Shown piece by piece: positions 1-12,600 of a stretch of 64,000 nt of DNA (position 1 is the stretch's first letter; every line of letters starts with the position of its first letter). The stretch covers positions 20,584,001 through 20,648,000 of the forward strand of contig OZ004611.1 in assembly GCA_963924565.1 (NCBI GenBank), given 5' to 3'. The stretch is from Ascidiella aspersa. Its lineage: Eukaryota. Under the pieces are notes generated by a model, which did not search any database, was not told the origin of the DNA, and saw nothing but the letters and a program-made list of their open reading frames with translations. The translations under genes were made by a program, and so were the position numbers.

Positions 1-190
1 GCAATGTTGCTCATGCTTCCGAGCGTGACCCACAATCACCCTATGTACATTCTGGATATCAGCCCCCATCAAGAAACAGGGGTTCAAGCAATGGGGGTTC
101 CAGAAACTCACCCAGGGCCACATTCAACTTTATCGCCGATGTGGTTCACAATTGTAACCCTGCTGTTGTTCACATTGAAATTGTGAAAAA
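1..190 (+). CDS. HTRA2: HTRA2 exon (partial), frame from nt 3: NVAHASERD...[27 protein letters not shown]
   Basis: Open frame with the conserved FNFIADVV motif; donor GTTGGT at 191, phase 2. Confidence 0.88.
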
Positions 191-3100
191 GTTGGTAGAT
201 TTTCATATTATATTTTCTATTACATTAATTTTTTTGGCTATTACATTTTTATTAACTACTACATTTTTTTGTATTTGGACTCCAAGATATGCCATTTAAC
301 TTATTTCAGTATGTAACTATTATTTATGGCTAATTGGATAGCTTTTAAAATAATGTATTTGTTTCCAATACTTTTATGACAAAGCGAATGTATAACTTTA
401 TAAAAATGTAAAAAAATTCAGCAAATTTATATTAATATATGATGCAAATTACGGAAATCTATTACATACAAAAGAAAAAAAGGCAAACCCTCATTTATTT
501 GATTAAACCTAAACTAAGCCTAAGTTTCTCTTTTTATAGTGTTCCTTTCACCCGAATGCCAGTTGCTGTTTCCAATGGATCTGGTTTTATTGTGGAAGCA
601 AATGGCATGAAGCTTATAATCACCAACGCACACGTTGTTGGAAACCGGGCAACTGTCAAAGTACGTAAAAAATAAAATTTGTAAATTTTTCTTGAGGCAC
701 TTGTAAATTCAGACAAAAAAGTTTAAATCAAAGACACTCTCGTTCATGCTGGACAATATTTTTCCAGGTAAAACTGCAGGATGGTCGTCAGTTTGAGGGT
801 CAGGTTGTCGGAATTGATGAGGCGAGGGATATCGCTGCAGTTCGAATCGACTGTGTAAGTCTAATAGTGTGCTGCAGTATGGCAGAATGCTGGCGACTTG
901 GCGACTATGTCAGCCGAAGAATCACCCCCTTTTGAACAGCGGAAATATGTAATAACATTACACACTACAATTGGCAGAAATTAATTTTGTTGTGTCATTT
1001 TGAAAAAAGTTACGGTAGTGTGAAGCACGTTGTTTGGTGAGAAAAGGCCAGTGCAAGGCATATAGACTGTTTATTATTTTGAAAAGTACACACTTTTGAT
1101 CATACTAATGTTACGCGTTGGCAGTTTTACTTTGAATTGGCAAGTACTTCTATATTTAGTGGATTTCCTGTATATTAAGTTGAATTCCCCATTCCTGTTA
1201 AATGTGCAGGTATAACATTCGCATCAGCATATCAAGCCTAACATACTACAGGGCAAATCTGTTGTTTTACAAACTTAATTAGCAAATGTTTCTCCCTTTT
1301 CTCTTAAAAAAATGACCAATGACAATTTTAGATGTTTGTTTAATGTAAATCAACAATAAAATTCAAAAAAAGTATTATATGTAAATGTAATAACTACCAA
1401 CCGAGTTCAACAAACCACACAAGGGCCACAAAGCTACAAACAAAGGGCGTAATTAATGATCAATAAACTTAACAAATTCACTATGTTTACAACAGCCATG
1501 TTTTCTTGTGTCTGCCTTTCTATTTTGGGGGATTTATTTTGAGCTAGTTATCCTATTTTTGGTTGAATTTTATCTTTACTTTTCCATGACTTATATTTTA
1601 AATTTACCAAATATTTTTCCTACTAATGTTTTCAATTAACACAAAATATTTAGATTAGCAAGCTGGTAAGCAATGTCTTATAAAAACAATTAAATCAAAA
1701 AGAACTATGTAAAAATGTTATTAAGAACCAAAGGGCAATGAATTATTTGTCATTCTTAAATTTTTAGCTTCCAATGTGACTTGAATACTACCCTATTGTT
1801 ATTATTGTGCATTTTAACAACCTTGAAATATAATGTGGTAATCACTTTTGTGCAACAGTCCCAACTCCCCTCCATTGCACTGGGAAGCAGTCGTGACCTT
1901 CGGCCCGGTGAGTGGGTCGTTGCCATGGGCAGCCCATTGGCCCTTAGCAACACAGTGACGGCCGGAATCGTCAGCAATATGTGTCGCCCCGGCAAGGAGC
2001 TCAACTTGCGGGAAGTGGAGAAACGCGACATGGACTACATTCAAACTGATGCTACAATAAATGTGTGTACAAGTGTTTTTTGTAATTTTTCGGTACCTAA
2101 TCAGTTAAAATCATTGCAGTAGAATGTTTTATTAGTTTTTGATTGATATGCTTGTTATTTAAAACTTTTTAATTAACAACCTTAAACATCATGTTTTTTT
2201 GTTTTTTTTATTTTTACTTTTCAACATTACAGTATATACCTAACTAATAAAGCGGAGAAGTTGTCTGTGATATGTTGTCAATATGCAGCAATACTTTGTG
2301 CAATAGAATAGAAACTCATGCAAATGCTTAACTTTTAAATTAATTATTTCACAAGAATTCATGCTTTTAAGTTGGGTGTGCTCTGTTTAAGAAGTTATGA
2401 TTTAAATATTTTCTAGGTTGGCAATTCTGGGGGTCCACTTGTGAATCTTGACAGTCAGGTCATTGGCATCAACACCATGATGGCGTCTGCGGGTATAGGT
2501 TTTGCCATTCCAATTGATTATGTCAGAGACTTCCTCGAGCAGCTCAGAGACTTGCAAAGTGGTAAGATTCATTAACTAAAAACAGAATGGATTTAATATG
2601 TGTATATATAGAAAGAACTTGTCTAATCCATATTATACTACCCGAATTACTCCCTGAAAAAAATATCTTCAAAAAATTTTAAAACCCTTCCCCCTCCCTA
2701 TGAAAACCACTTAAAGCCTTTCAAAAAATTGACATATGTTTTGTTTTGAAACGTTTCAGCAATTTGAACATAAAACCTCCTGAAAGTAATGTAGGCGCAC
2801 AGAAAACACAACCTCTCAGCAGTGCGTAGCTAATCAAGTGACATTACATTCAACACAAAGAGACGAAAATCACTTGTCGCGAATACAAAAAATAAATTAG
2901 GAAAAAAGTACAAATATTTTGGATTAAACATTAAAAGCCCTCAATGTTCTCTGTTTAGCTATTAAAAGGGGTGTACTTGTTTTAGGAATTTGTTAGGCTT
3001 ATGATAAGTGTTATAACCCTAAAACCGCAAAATCAGAAGATAAAATCATTCATTATGTCAAATTTTCGGCGCCTTGGCGCGTTTAATCGAAAATCGCTCT

Positions 3101-5169
3101 TTTTTTCTGGGCTGCCTTTGATATTTGCTAATGTCGTCTATTGTCATGCGGCATATATTCTGTAGGTGTGCCACCAAATTGTTTTAGCTCTGTTGGTGTG
3201 CCGTAAGTTAACAAATTATTACAGAGCACTACTGATTTAGAGTCATGACTTCAACGGTTTCCGACTGGCGTATTTTTATAACAGTGATTCTCAACCTTTT
3301 TAACAAGCGACCCCAATTTGAATAAAATGAAATCAGAATTAACTTTGCGACCCCATTTTGTGTCAGAATAAAGTAACACTAGCAAATATGCGTAAATTAT
3401 ACACAATTCCAGCGAAATGTGGCTACACATGTGCACCGAAATGATTGCTTTTAGGAGGTTTTAGTTACCATTTAAATTTGAATTTAACAAACGAACGAAC
3501 ACGAAATTTCAATTTGTTTTAACAGTAAATTGCATTCAGTGCGATGGTTGCGACTGCACAGTATCCACTAGTTTTTGCAAACGCGGCCCCACTTACTTCC
3601 AAGGTATTACGATGTTTCGTTTTTAGCATTATTCAGTGGGGCACCTTGATTGCATCACATTGATTTGGCGGCTCTTAAAAACAGCAGTTTTATGTAAAAG
3701 AAACAAAACTTGTATCAACGATGCACTCACTCACGTTAATTAGTGTGATGTTATCGTAAAGAAAACAAAATACATAAATCGTACTAAAACAGTAGGAATA
3801 TAATAAGTTATGGCGACCCCACAACAATTTTAGGCGACCCCACTTGGGGTCGCGACCCACAGGTTGGAGACCACTGGTTTACGGCACCCCTCAAAAATAA
3901 TAAATAGATTTTCGGCACCGAGGCTGGAATTTTCGTTTGGAGTATTTCCTGAAATGAGACTATAAATGGAACTGGAACAACACAATCAACTTAAAACGTG
4001 TAGGAAAATGTCATGAGATATAATTATCTCTAATCACCAAAAAGATAGTTATATTAAGAAGCTTACCAATTGAGCACCCTTAAGCCTACCTATCGTCACC
4101 CTTAAGCATTAAAAATTGCACACCGCCGGCGCCGCGGAACCCCGATTGGGAACCACTGTTTTATAAGAAAAACACAATTGCCTTACTGTTGTGTTGCAGG
4201 TCGCGGCCACCTAGTGGACAGCCGCAGGAGCCGTCGATGGATCGGCGTTACGATGCTCTCCCTCAACCCGCAAATCGTCATGCAGCTGCGAGCCCGGATG
4301 CCTGACTTTCCTGACGTACAGGATGGCGTTATGGTCCACCGCGTGCAGACCGACTCTCCCGCCCAGCTGTGAGTGGGGATGTCCGATCTTTTTTCAATAC
4401 ATTTTAAACTGATACCCGATATTTTAGACAAAATGTATCGCGGTCTGATGCGATACCAATAACGTCATTACTAACTAAAAAAAAAAATTTGCATAAGTAT
4501 CATCATCGGCTATTGTCAAAGTAAAAACGTGTAGGACAAAGTCGTCAAAAAAGAAAGAAAAAATGGTTCATCGAATAATAGTTTTCTTGCATGAAGTTCT
4601 GTCACTTTTGATATAATGAAAACGGCACTAATTTATATGGTTATAGCTCGGAGGAGATAGTAACATGTTTAAGAAATACAAAAGTCCACATGGCACGAGG
4701 TTATGTTGTCCCTTTAAAAATATATCCTTTTTTTTAATATTTAGGTTTAAACTCGCAACGTGTTTTTCTTTTTACATATTTCATCGATATTGATTTCCAG
4801 CTTTTTTGTCAGAAATGTCATGTATAATAGAAAATTTCAGTTTTATCCCTTTTTATAGGGTTTCTTGTGAAAAGTAAAAACTGGTACAGGTCGTGGCTAT
4901 CAACAAATGAATAGAATAATTTTGCGTTTGGCATTCAGGTACTTGTGATATCTCATAATAATTTATCCCCCCAAAAAACTTACGTCACATTCTCACGCAG
5001 CGGCGGGGTGCAGGACGGTGACGTCATCACTCAAATAAACGGTGCTCGAGTTCGCAGCAGCAAAGACGTGCTGGAAGCCCTGCAGCGCAACCAGGTGTTA
5101 ACGGTGACCATCAAACGAGGTTCGCGCACCATCGTTCTGAGGATAGTGGCCGAGGAAGTGGTTCACTGA
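1..5169 (+). CDS. HTRA2: HtrA2/Omi-like serine protease (trypsin + PDZ), spliced model, 5'-partial: join(<1..190,540..660,768..854,1859..2062,2417..2561,4200..4368,5001..5169)
   Basis: All introns are GT-AG and phase-compatible. Translation has [25 protein letters not shown] (His), DIA (Asp), [27 protein letters not shown] (Ser) and a PDZ domain (WIGVTM...DSPA...GDVI). There is no Cys-rich Kazal segment before the protease domain, which favours HtrA2 over HtrA1/3/4. Confidence 0.92.
540..660 (+). CDS. HTRA2: HTRA2 exon with catalytic His (SNGSGF...TNAHVV)
   Basis: Acceptor ttttatag, donor GTACGT. Confidence 0.92.
768..854 (+). CDS. HTRA2: HTRA2 exon with catalytic Asp ([29 protein letters not shown])
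   Basis: Acceptor tttccag, donor GTAAGT, 87 nt, phase 0-0. Confidence 0.92.
1859..2062 (+). CDS. HTRA2: HTRA2 exon (SQLPSIALG...[10 protein letters not shown]...YIQTDATIN)
   Basis: Acceptor caacag, donor GTGTGT, 204 nt. Confidence 0.9.
2417..2561 (+). CDS. HTRA2: HTRA2 exon with catalytic Ser ([21 protein letters not shown]...GFAIP)
   Basis: Acceptor ttctag, donor GTAAGA. Confidence 0.93.
3282..4158. mobile_element. Composite hAT-type (Charlie-like) non-autonomous element in an HTRA2 intron
   Basis: Starts CAGTGATTCTCAACC, has an internal right end GGTTGGAGACCACTG (3876) and an outer right end GGGAACCACTG (4158). Perfect 8-bp TSD TTTTATAA at 3274-3281 and 4159-4166. Confidence 0.75.
4200..4368 (+). 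CDS. HTRA2: HTRA2 exon, PDZ N-terminal half
   Basis: Acceptor ttgcag, donor GTGAGT; [11 protein letters not shown]...[19 protein letters not shown]. Confidence 0.92.
5001..5169 (+). CDS. HTRA2: HTRA2 last exon, PDZ C-terminal half, TGA stop
   Basis: Acceptor cacgcag; [14 protein letters not shown]...VTIKRG...EEVVH*. Confidence 0.92.
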
Positions 5170-8100
5170 TCGCTGTCTTAGCCGTTTACTTTCAGGAGGC
5201 GATCTCGTAAGTTGTTCTGTTCGGCCTGCTGTCGGATTCCCGAAGTTTTTTTTTGGGAGTTTTTTTTCTAAATTTTGTATTTACGTTGTTTATATTGTCA
5301 GAGTGGCCTCAATATGCAACCCCACTCTGCAGATTACGCGTTAGCCCATGGCCAAGTTTGCTTTGTGAGTTGTTTGCTTTAAAGTTGGATTCCTGGCGTT
5401 AATTTTACGTGATTTCAGCACATAATATTAGACAAAAGGCAGTTAACTTAATAGGACTTGAAAAAGTTGTAATATCAGAAAATAACTCTGTAAATAAATC
5501 TCAAAAATCATCAAAACCGTAAAGATAAGTCCAAAATTTTTTTAATCTTTGTAAAAATTTGGCCTAGAAAGCTCATAAACGCCGGTACTGTGTTCATAAA
5601 TGACGTCAAAATAAGGCTAGGCCAATCCTACGTTTCGTAAGAAAAAAAGGCAGAAAAAGACTTGATTACAGTAAAAAAAAATTGGAAAAGGGAAAAGCTG
5701 TAGTTAACAGATAAATGTTAGGCTGAACAAGCGATATATCATCGTCAAAATATTATCCCGGGGCCCTGGACAAGAAACAAAGCATATCGGATATTTGATC
5801 TACGTAAGCTCGTTTGTATTTTGGCAGATATAATTTTCACGTAAAACTAAAGTAATGTTATCCTCTTTTTAGTCCGAGAGGAGGCGATACGACTGGTGGA
5901 TTTGCTATATCCTGCAAAACTATTCAGCATTAAGGAGGAAATTTTCTTGCCCTTTTTTACAAAAAAAGTTGCTGACCTCCTATACCAACTGCTGTTTTTT
6001 TTATTTTCGCGCTGCTGTTTTCTTTATTATCGTGCTTTTCCTGTGTCAACTCTCGTTGCTGTTTATTTACTTTTGGCGTAATGGAAAAAAATGGTCTAGC
6101 TACATTTAGCCCGAAAAACCAACACTTTGGCATGTCAAACCTTATTTGTCGTCCAACGTTCTTGAGAAGAATTGCAAGCGTAGAATAGCCTACAAAAGTT
6201 TCAAATATTCTGAACCAACTATAAACAAAACGTACGTACTTGGAAATCTCCGAGCAAACCCTTGTGCGTGCAATTAAGCGGCCCGCTTTGTTTGATTGAT
6301 AACAGATTTTCATTTTATAGTTTGCAAATCAACGCCTGGTTGCTATTATGATTTTAACCTAACTGTACCGTATTCTGGCAGCAAAACCCTGGCGGAAAAT
6401 CACCAATCTATTTGTCGGAAGGGGAATTTTCTCATTAATTTTTGATTAAAAAAACGTCCAATTGTATCTGTATAAAAAAGTTTTAAAGATAAAACCCTTA
6501 AACTAATATATCTGATTTATGTGCTGTATTTTTTGACGATAAATTGAATAGTTAATATATTTAGCTGGTATAGACACGATATCTTAAGTTGGGTCATTTG
6601 GTTTCAAGAAGTAACAAAAGTTGTAGTGTATGAGTATTTATTTTGGGGCTGCTATACTTATGTTGTTGTTTAAAGTTGACAAAACAGAAACTATTTAGAA
6701 TTTTTGTGCAATCCTGAAATTCGTCACTGGCCTGCGCATACAGCTTGCCCAAATTCAACTATTAGAACTTGGTCTTGTTGATCTATAAAAGTCGTCTCAC
6801 CAACCACATAGTAAAAACTGATAAAAAAAGTTGTTTCAGCAAGGTTTTCAACAAGTTTTGGTATATACAAATTTTTCCTAAAAAGGTTAAAAAAATGTAG
6901 TTTATTACATATTAGGCAAAACTCGAAAATTATTTTTTTACTTACGTTTTATAGTTAAACCCAAGCGTTTTGGGCAAACCGCCACAGTATAACCAACAAG
7001 TTCAGTAATGTTATTTAACACGAATTGATATTAATGTACTTGTAGTCTAAATTAATAAACTGTGATGCTGTATAACATGCCTGACTTCTCCCAAGATTTA
7101 TTGTTGCAATTGCTGATTACGACTGATTTGACGAACAGAATATAGTTTAAGCATGGAAGTTGCGTGCCTTGTCTATTATCACCTACTCTGCCAACACAGT
7201 AATGTCCTTATAAGCAACAAATCCATCGTGATTTTTTAATTTTAAAGTTGGCCTTTGATTTAATTTTAAGTGATTTTTTAATTTTTAATTTTATTAACGT
7301 GGAGTTTTTCTTTATGTATAAGATGTTAAAATTGGAACATTTATGCTAACGACACCATACAGTTGTTTAAAAAAAACTTGACTGAGGAACCCATTTAATG
7401 AGTTATCGTAGTAGCCTACCGTCAAAGGGTTGATCAGGCATCGGTGCCATGGTTCCTATAGCCTACTTAAGGTAAATACATCTAATCCCGCGTAGTCTCG
7501 TTAGGAATATCACCACACGCTTGCTTTTCTGCTGGAAAGTACGCAGTTTTGTGAACAAGTCATTTTGAAATGTCTTGAACAATTTGATTGCTGTTGTAGA
7601 GGTCGATTGCGTTTGTGTTAGTTTTTATTGAGATATTGCTGTTTATCGTAAGATTTATCGAATTTATTAGATAACGTTTTACTTTGATGTCAATGATATG
7701 ACTTGCGTACTGGGATATGACTTGTTTTATTCGCAAAAGACTTGACTTGGACTTAACGTGCAAAACTTGGGATAAATGTTAATGAAAATACTTAATGCAA
7801 TATCAAGATATTTAAGTCATTACAACACTGCCAATCCAGCAATCAAACGTGAACGTGAATCCATTCTGCTAAAAAGTTTTTCCCATGATAAATATCATTT
7901 CGTCAGCTTGAATTTGAATTTATGCTAAAAGGAGACATACATTTAAAACCTACTTGTATTAACATCAGGGAGTTTTAACTGGGGTTCTAGTCGTATTTAC
8001 CAACGCGGTCCGAGAAGAAACAAATGCAGAATAATCATTTTCGTTTATTACGTCTTCGCAAGACACTACTGAAGTAACGTTCCTACTATTTTTGTTAACA

Positions 8101-9481
8101 TGCCTGTTAAGACGACCTAACTAGTGAGGTGCATTAAAAAGATTGGCAACGACAGGTACAGACAAAAAAGGCTGTATTTTTTTCAAAATGGTAATCGAGT
8201 TGCTTCCAGGCATTCGGCAGGAAGTTTCTACCACCGCCTACGCCCGGTTTATTTGCGCGTTGCAACAAAATGTACCGCAATTTGAGTTTCACTAGTAAAG
8301 ATGTCAACAACCCTACAAGAAATACCACACACAAATACAGTTAGGTCTCAGATTTACTTGACACAGATAGGCGGTTTCAACACACTTGGGCAACCAATAT
8401 TACAGCGCAGATAAATTTCAAAACGAAAATTTACAATATATTTGAAAACAATTTCCTATTTTTGTGGTATGCATAACGCACCAAACTATCATGGCTACTA
8501 GCAATTGAATATTTTCCTGCAATTTGGATTGTTGGGTGGCAAAAGCAATTTTTACAGTACGAAAAGAAAATCCAAAAGATAATTTAATCAAAGGACGTTT
8601 CACTATTTTGGAAGACCTTGCAAAAACATAATTCATTTCAGTGTTTCGTGAGGACAAAGCTAAACTACGAACAATTTTCCTAGAAGTAAAAACAAATACC
8701 TTTATCTTTTGCGTTCTTTCGACATTGTGTCGTTCTCCTATTCTGGACAAATCTCTGCAAACAACAAAAGTGTTTCGCGTGTAGCATTTTACGGGGCCCT
8801 TCTCAAAAAATGTTTTTGCAGAACGCAGAAAAAAGTTTTGAAAACGCAATTGGACAAAAGAGCGTGTCGAGAACTAGCTTTTTGTCGAAACAAAGTGAGC
8901 AAACTAATTTCCGAACTGTTTTTATAACTTCCAAGCTGATAACCCCGCTTTCAAACACCAAAAAGCACCCATTCATTGTTTTAACATCAAATGCCACGCA
9001 AGGCCCGCTGAAGTAGTTTTACAGTCGAAAGAATGAAGAAACATATTCGACGAAGGCATTATGTCAGCATCCAAAGGCACGATTGCAAAAAGAAACAGAG
9101 CATGTATTGTATAATATTTCAGTTTAATCGAAAAGTTGGGAGTACATTTACCTTACATCAATAAGGGCACAGTTCATTTTGAAGTCCAGTTTTTACTTAT
9201 CGCAACCCTAATACAAATACAAATCCCGCATTTAAGGAAAAAAACGAGACAACGCACGTACTATATTAGAAGAACAGCAGGGAGAAAAGAATTAAACTAG
9301 TTGCATCAACATCACCACAATTGGAAACAACGAGAAAGCGATAAAGGGCGAACGGGATTTTCTTTGCATTGCGTTTTGTTCCGCTTCGGGTCTGTCACTC
9401 GGCGAGCGAAATTCAGTTCGTTGCAAGTAAACGCAAAAATCGTGGGAATTGTACAGCCTTCGGTATCCGAGCTTTTCTCGT

Positions 9482-9611
9482 TTATTGAGTGTTGAGGGCG
9501 GAAAACTGGTTGCCCAGGGAAATGTTCGTGCTCTGGTTTTGCTGTTGGTTCGTTCGCCAAGACGCCGACGATTTGACGCCGGTTTTTACCATTTCGAATC
9601 CTTTGTGTTCT
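9482..9611 (-). CDS. CDV3: CDV3 last exon (EHKGFEMVK...LGNQFSALNTQ*)
   Basis: Acceptor ccgcag; TAA at 9484-9482. Confidence 0.88.
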
Positions 9612-12600
9612 CTGCGGAAAAACGTAAACGTGACAGACCAAATAAAACAGAACCAAACAGAAAGTTTAGATCCAGGCCAAATGTTATTGAATTGGCGTGA
9701 CTGCCTTCACAAATGAACAGGCGGTATGATTCACGTTGTACCAAAACTTCAGTATTGTCGACTTTGGTCAATAACAATGAATTAGTCATATCTTGAATTA
9801 CATTATTCAGGTGGGATGCTTAATCGTTATACTTATATCATCGTTTTGTATCTGCCTTTACTAGTGATAAATTGGCTTTGCTGCACGTGGCAAACAATAT
9901 TATTAGAATAAATGTATTTTTAGAATTAAATGGCTTAGGATTAACTTTGGTAGGTCAACAACTAGAGTGACTTTTTAAAATGTTTTTAATTAAGATAAAG
10001 CTATCCAAAAATAGGTTAAAACCTTAAAATCTCGAAGACTAAAAAAAGAAGAACTTTAATATTTTTAACTCAACAAATAAATTGGTATATTTGCTCTCAC
10101 AAAGCCCCGAAGACTTTTTTGTCTAAGATAAGTTGAGATGAAATGACTAAATATACAAACTATAACAATGTAACAAAATCAACATATTTCAATACCAAAA
10201 ATAAGCAAGATACCTACACATTATATACAATTGATAGTTTTTTTGTCTTGGCGCTTACACAGTGTCTTTGACAGCGGCCTCTAGCGATGGAAAATCAAGC
10301 TCGTTGTTGATGGCAGGAGCCTTTTGGTGTTTTCGGGTGCGCTTCATGGACATAGGTGTAAGATTGCCAGGCCCAGGAGATGACCCCATTAATCTGTCAG
10401 CCAAGGTAAACAACATTGTTGTATTTCACAAGAAAAAAATATATTACTCTTATGCCATATTTAAAAACAAAATATAGGGGTACCAGACGATTTTAGTTAA
10501 TGATGTTCTGCAAAACAAACTGCATAAAACTTTTTTTTTAAATAGGCTGGTCACTGGTGGTTAGTTAGTTTAGCTTCACAGCCAAAAATATACCCCTGTC
10601 CTATAAAAAGTACCAACAACATGGTGTACAGCAATAACAATGAATTAATAACGTTGCAGCTTCTTGTGTTGTGCTAAAATACCTGGCTTGTGGTGGTCTG
10701 TATGCTCCGGTTCTCTTTGGCTCGGGTGTAGGGGCAACTGTGAAGACAAAATACTATGAGCAATATTGAATTGATTTTGTGGCGCTTCACTCTTGAGGCG
10801 ACAAACAGACCCTTTTTTGTATGTGCCCACATTTGCTCATGCAATATGAAACTCGAGTACTGATTGACACCACCTCGCCCGACTGATGACTGCCTAAAGC
10901 AAATCAATTGTTGTTGTTGTTGTCAGACCTATTGGACTAATTTTGTGACAGACTGAAGGCCGATTTTATAGCAAAAATCTCCAATGATGCACACTTGGCA
11001 CTAGAATTTAACATGTGAAAAAGCCCTACAAATTCAATGGTAAACAATCGAGGCCAGTCATACCAAGACCAAGTATTTATACCTACCGAATTAAAAAGGC
11101 AGGTTAAATTAGTGGAAAAACAATTTGGTAGAACAAAATTCGCAGACGGCTTGCCAACATTTTTGGCAATTTTATTCTAATGTATGCTAAATTGGTACTA
11201 AGTGTCAAATTTAATTTAAGGCCAACCCTTCTAACTGCTGCAAAAGCATTAAAATTATGATTTTGGCAAATTTTTGTTTAAATATTTACGTGTTTGCATA
11301 TTTTCACTGCTCTAATTTCAACAAACCTTCTTTCCTCTCCTCCTGTACTTCCGGCTCCTGACTCTTTACACTCTTGTTCCACGGTCCTTCTTCTGTACGA
11401 GGAGGCATCAGTTCACCTGCCTCGTTATACTCGGGAACATCCACAACAGGCCCTGGTGCCTGTTCACTAAACATTTGTAAACATATATATATATATATAT
11501 AATATTATGATTGGCTATACAACAGTCAAAAATAACCACTGCTGTAAACTATGTAATACAGTCCGATCTTGGTAAACCATATAGCGCAATTTTACTAACT
11601 TAATCCAAAAACCACAATAGTTGTTTAGAAAGATAATTGTTTAGTTAATATAATTGAAATGTGATAAAGTAAAGCAGAAATTAATGGAACAACTTTTTCA
11701 CATACTGCAATTAATTTAAAAATAAAAGTAGAGTATATTTTGCACTTCAACATCAGTCTTTAAGGCCCGTTTACACTACAGCTGCACTGAGCGGAGCTGA
11801 GCTACACTGGGCTTGGAATCGTTTTCACTACAGCTGCAGTGAGCTGCGCTGGGCGTAAAAATCGCGACAAAACGTAATGTTTTCTATAGCTGCACTGGGC
11901 TTGAGTTTAGCAAAGCGTGAAAATTGCTCCAAAGCGGATTTTTTTTCCAACTGCACGGGGCTTGAGTTTAGCAAAGCGTAACTTTAAGCTAGCTGCAGCT
12001 GCTGCACGGGGCTTGAGTTTAGCAAAGCGTGAAACGCTCGCCACAATAGAATTTAAATGCAAATTACGCCCAGCGCAGCTCAGTGCAGCTGTAGTGTAAA
12101 CGGGCCTTTAATCTGTTTGAATAAACACAGTGCCTTGCTGGCAAGTTTGATTTATAGCTTTCCGATAATAAAAAAAATAAACTTGCCTTTTTGGACAAAA
12201 CAAAGTAGTTCTATTTCACCAGATATGACTGTATATAAATATAACTCAACTGGGATTACAATATATCAGACACATTCACCTACTTTAATGTTACAACAAA
12301 ATTGTCAACATTTAACAGAGCTTTATACTGTCAGTTTTGCAACACACACTTTATTTTGAGTACAGAAAGATTTTGTACATTGTTATGCTTTTACAGGGTC
12401 GAATTAGTAACTGATACTTAATGCTTTATATATAATAACTAATCAACAATGTGGAGGTTTTTAAATACAAGTAAAAATATCACCAGGGATGTTCAACAAA
12501 AACTACCAAGGCACTGTGCCCATGTAGTGCCATACAAAACAATACCCCTTTTTTACCAATCATTTTCTAACAAGTTTTCTTTACCAATCATTTTCTAACA

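Noticed and set aside
8418-9016. Overlapping 64-143 aa ORFs
   Set aside because: They lie downstream of the CDV3 stop (likely 3'UTR) and lack coding signatures.
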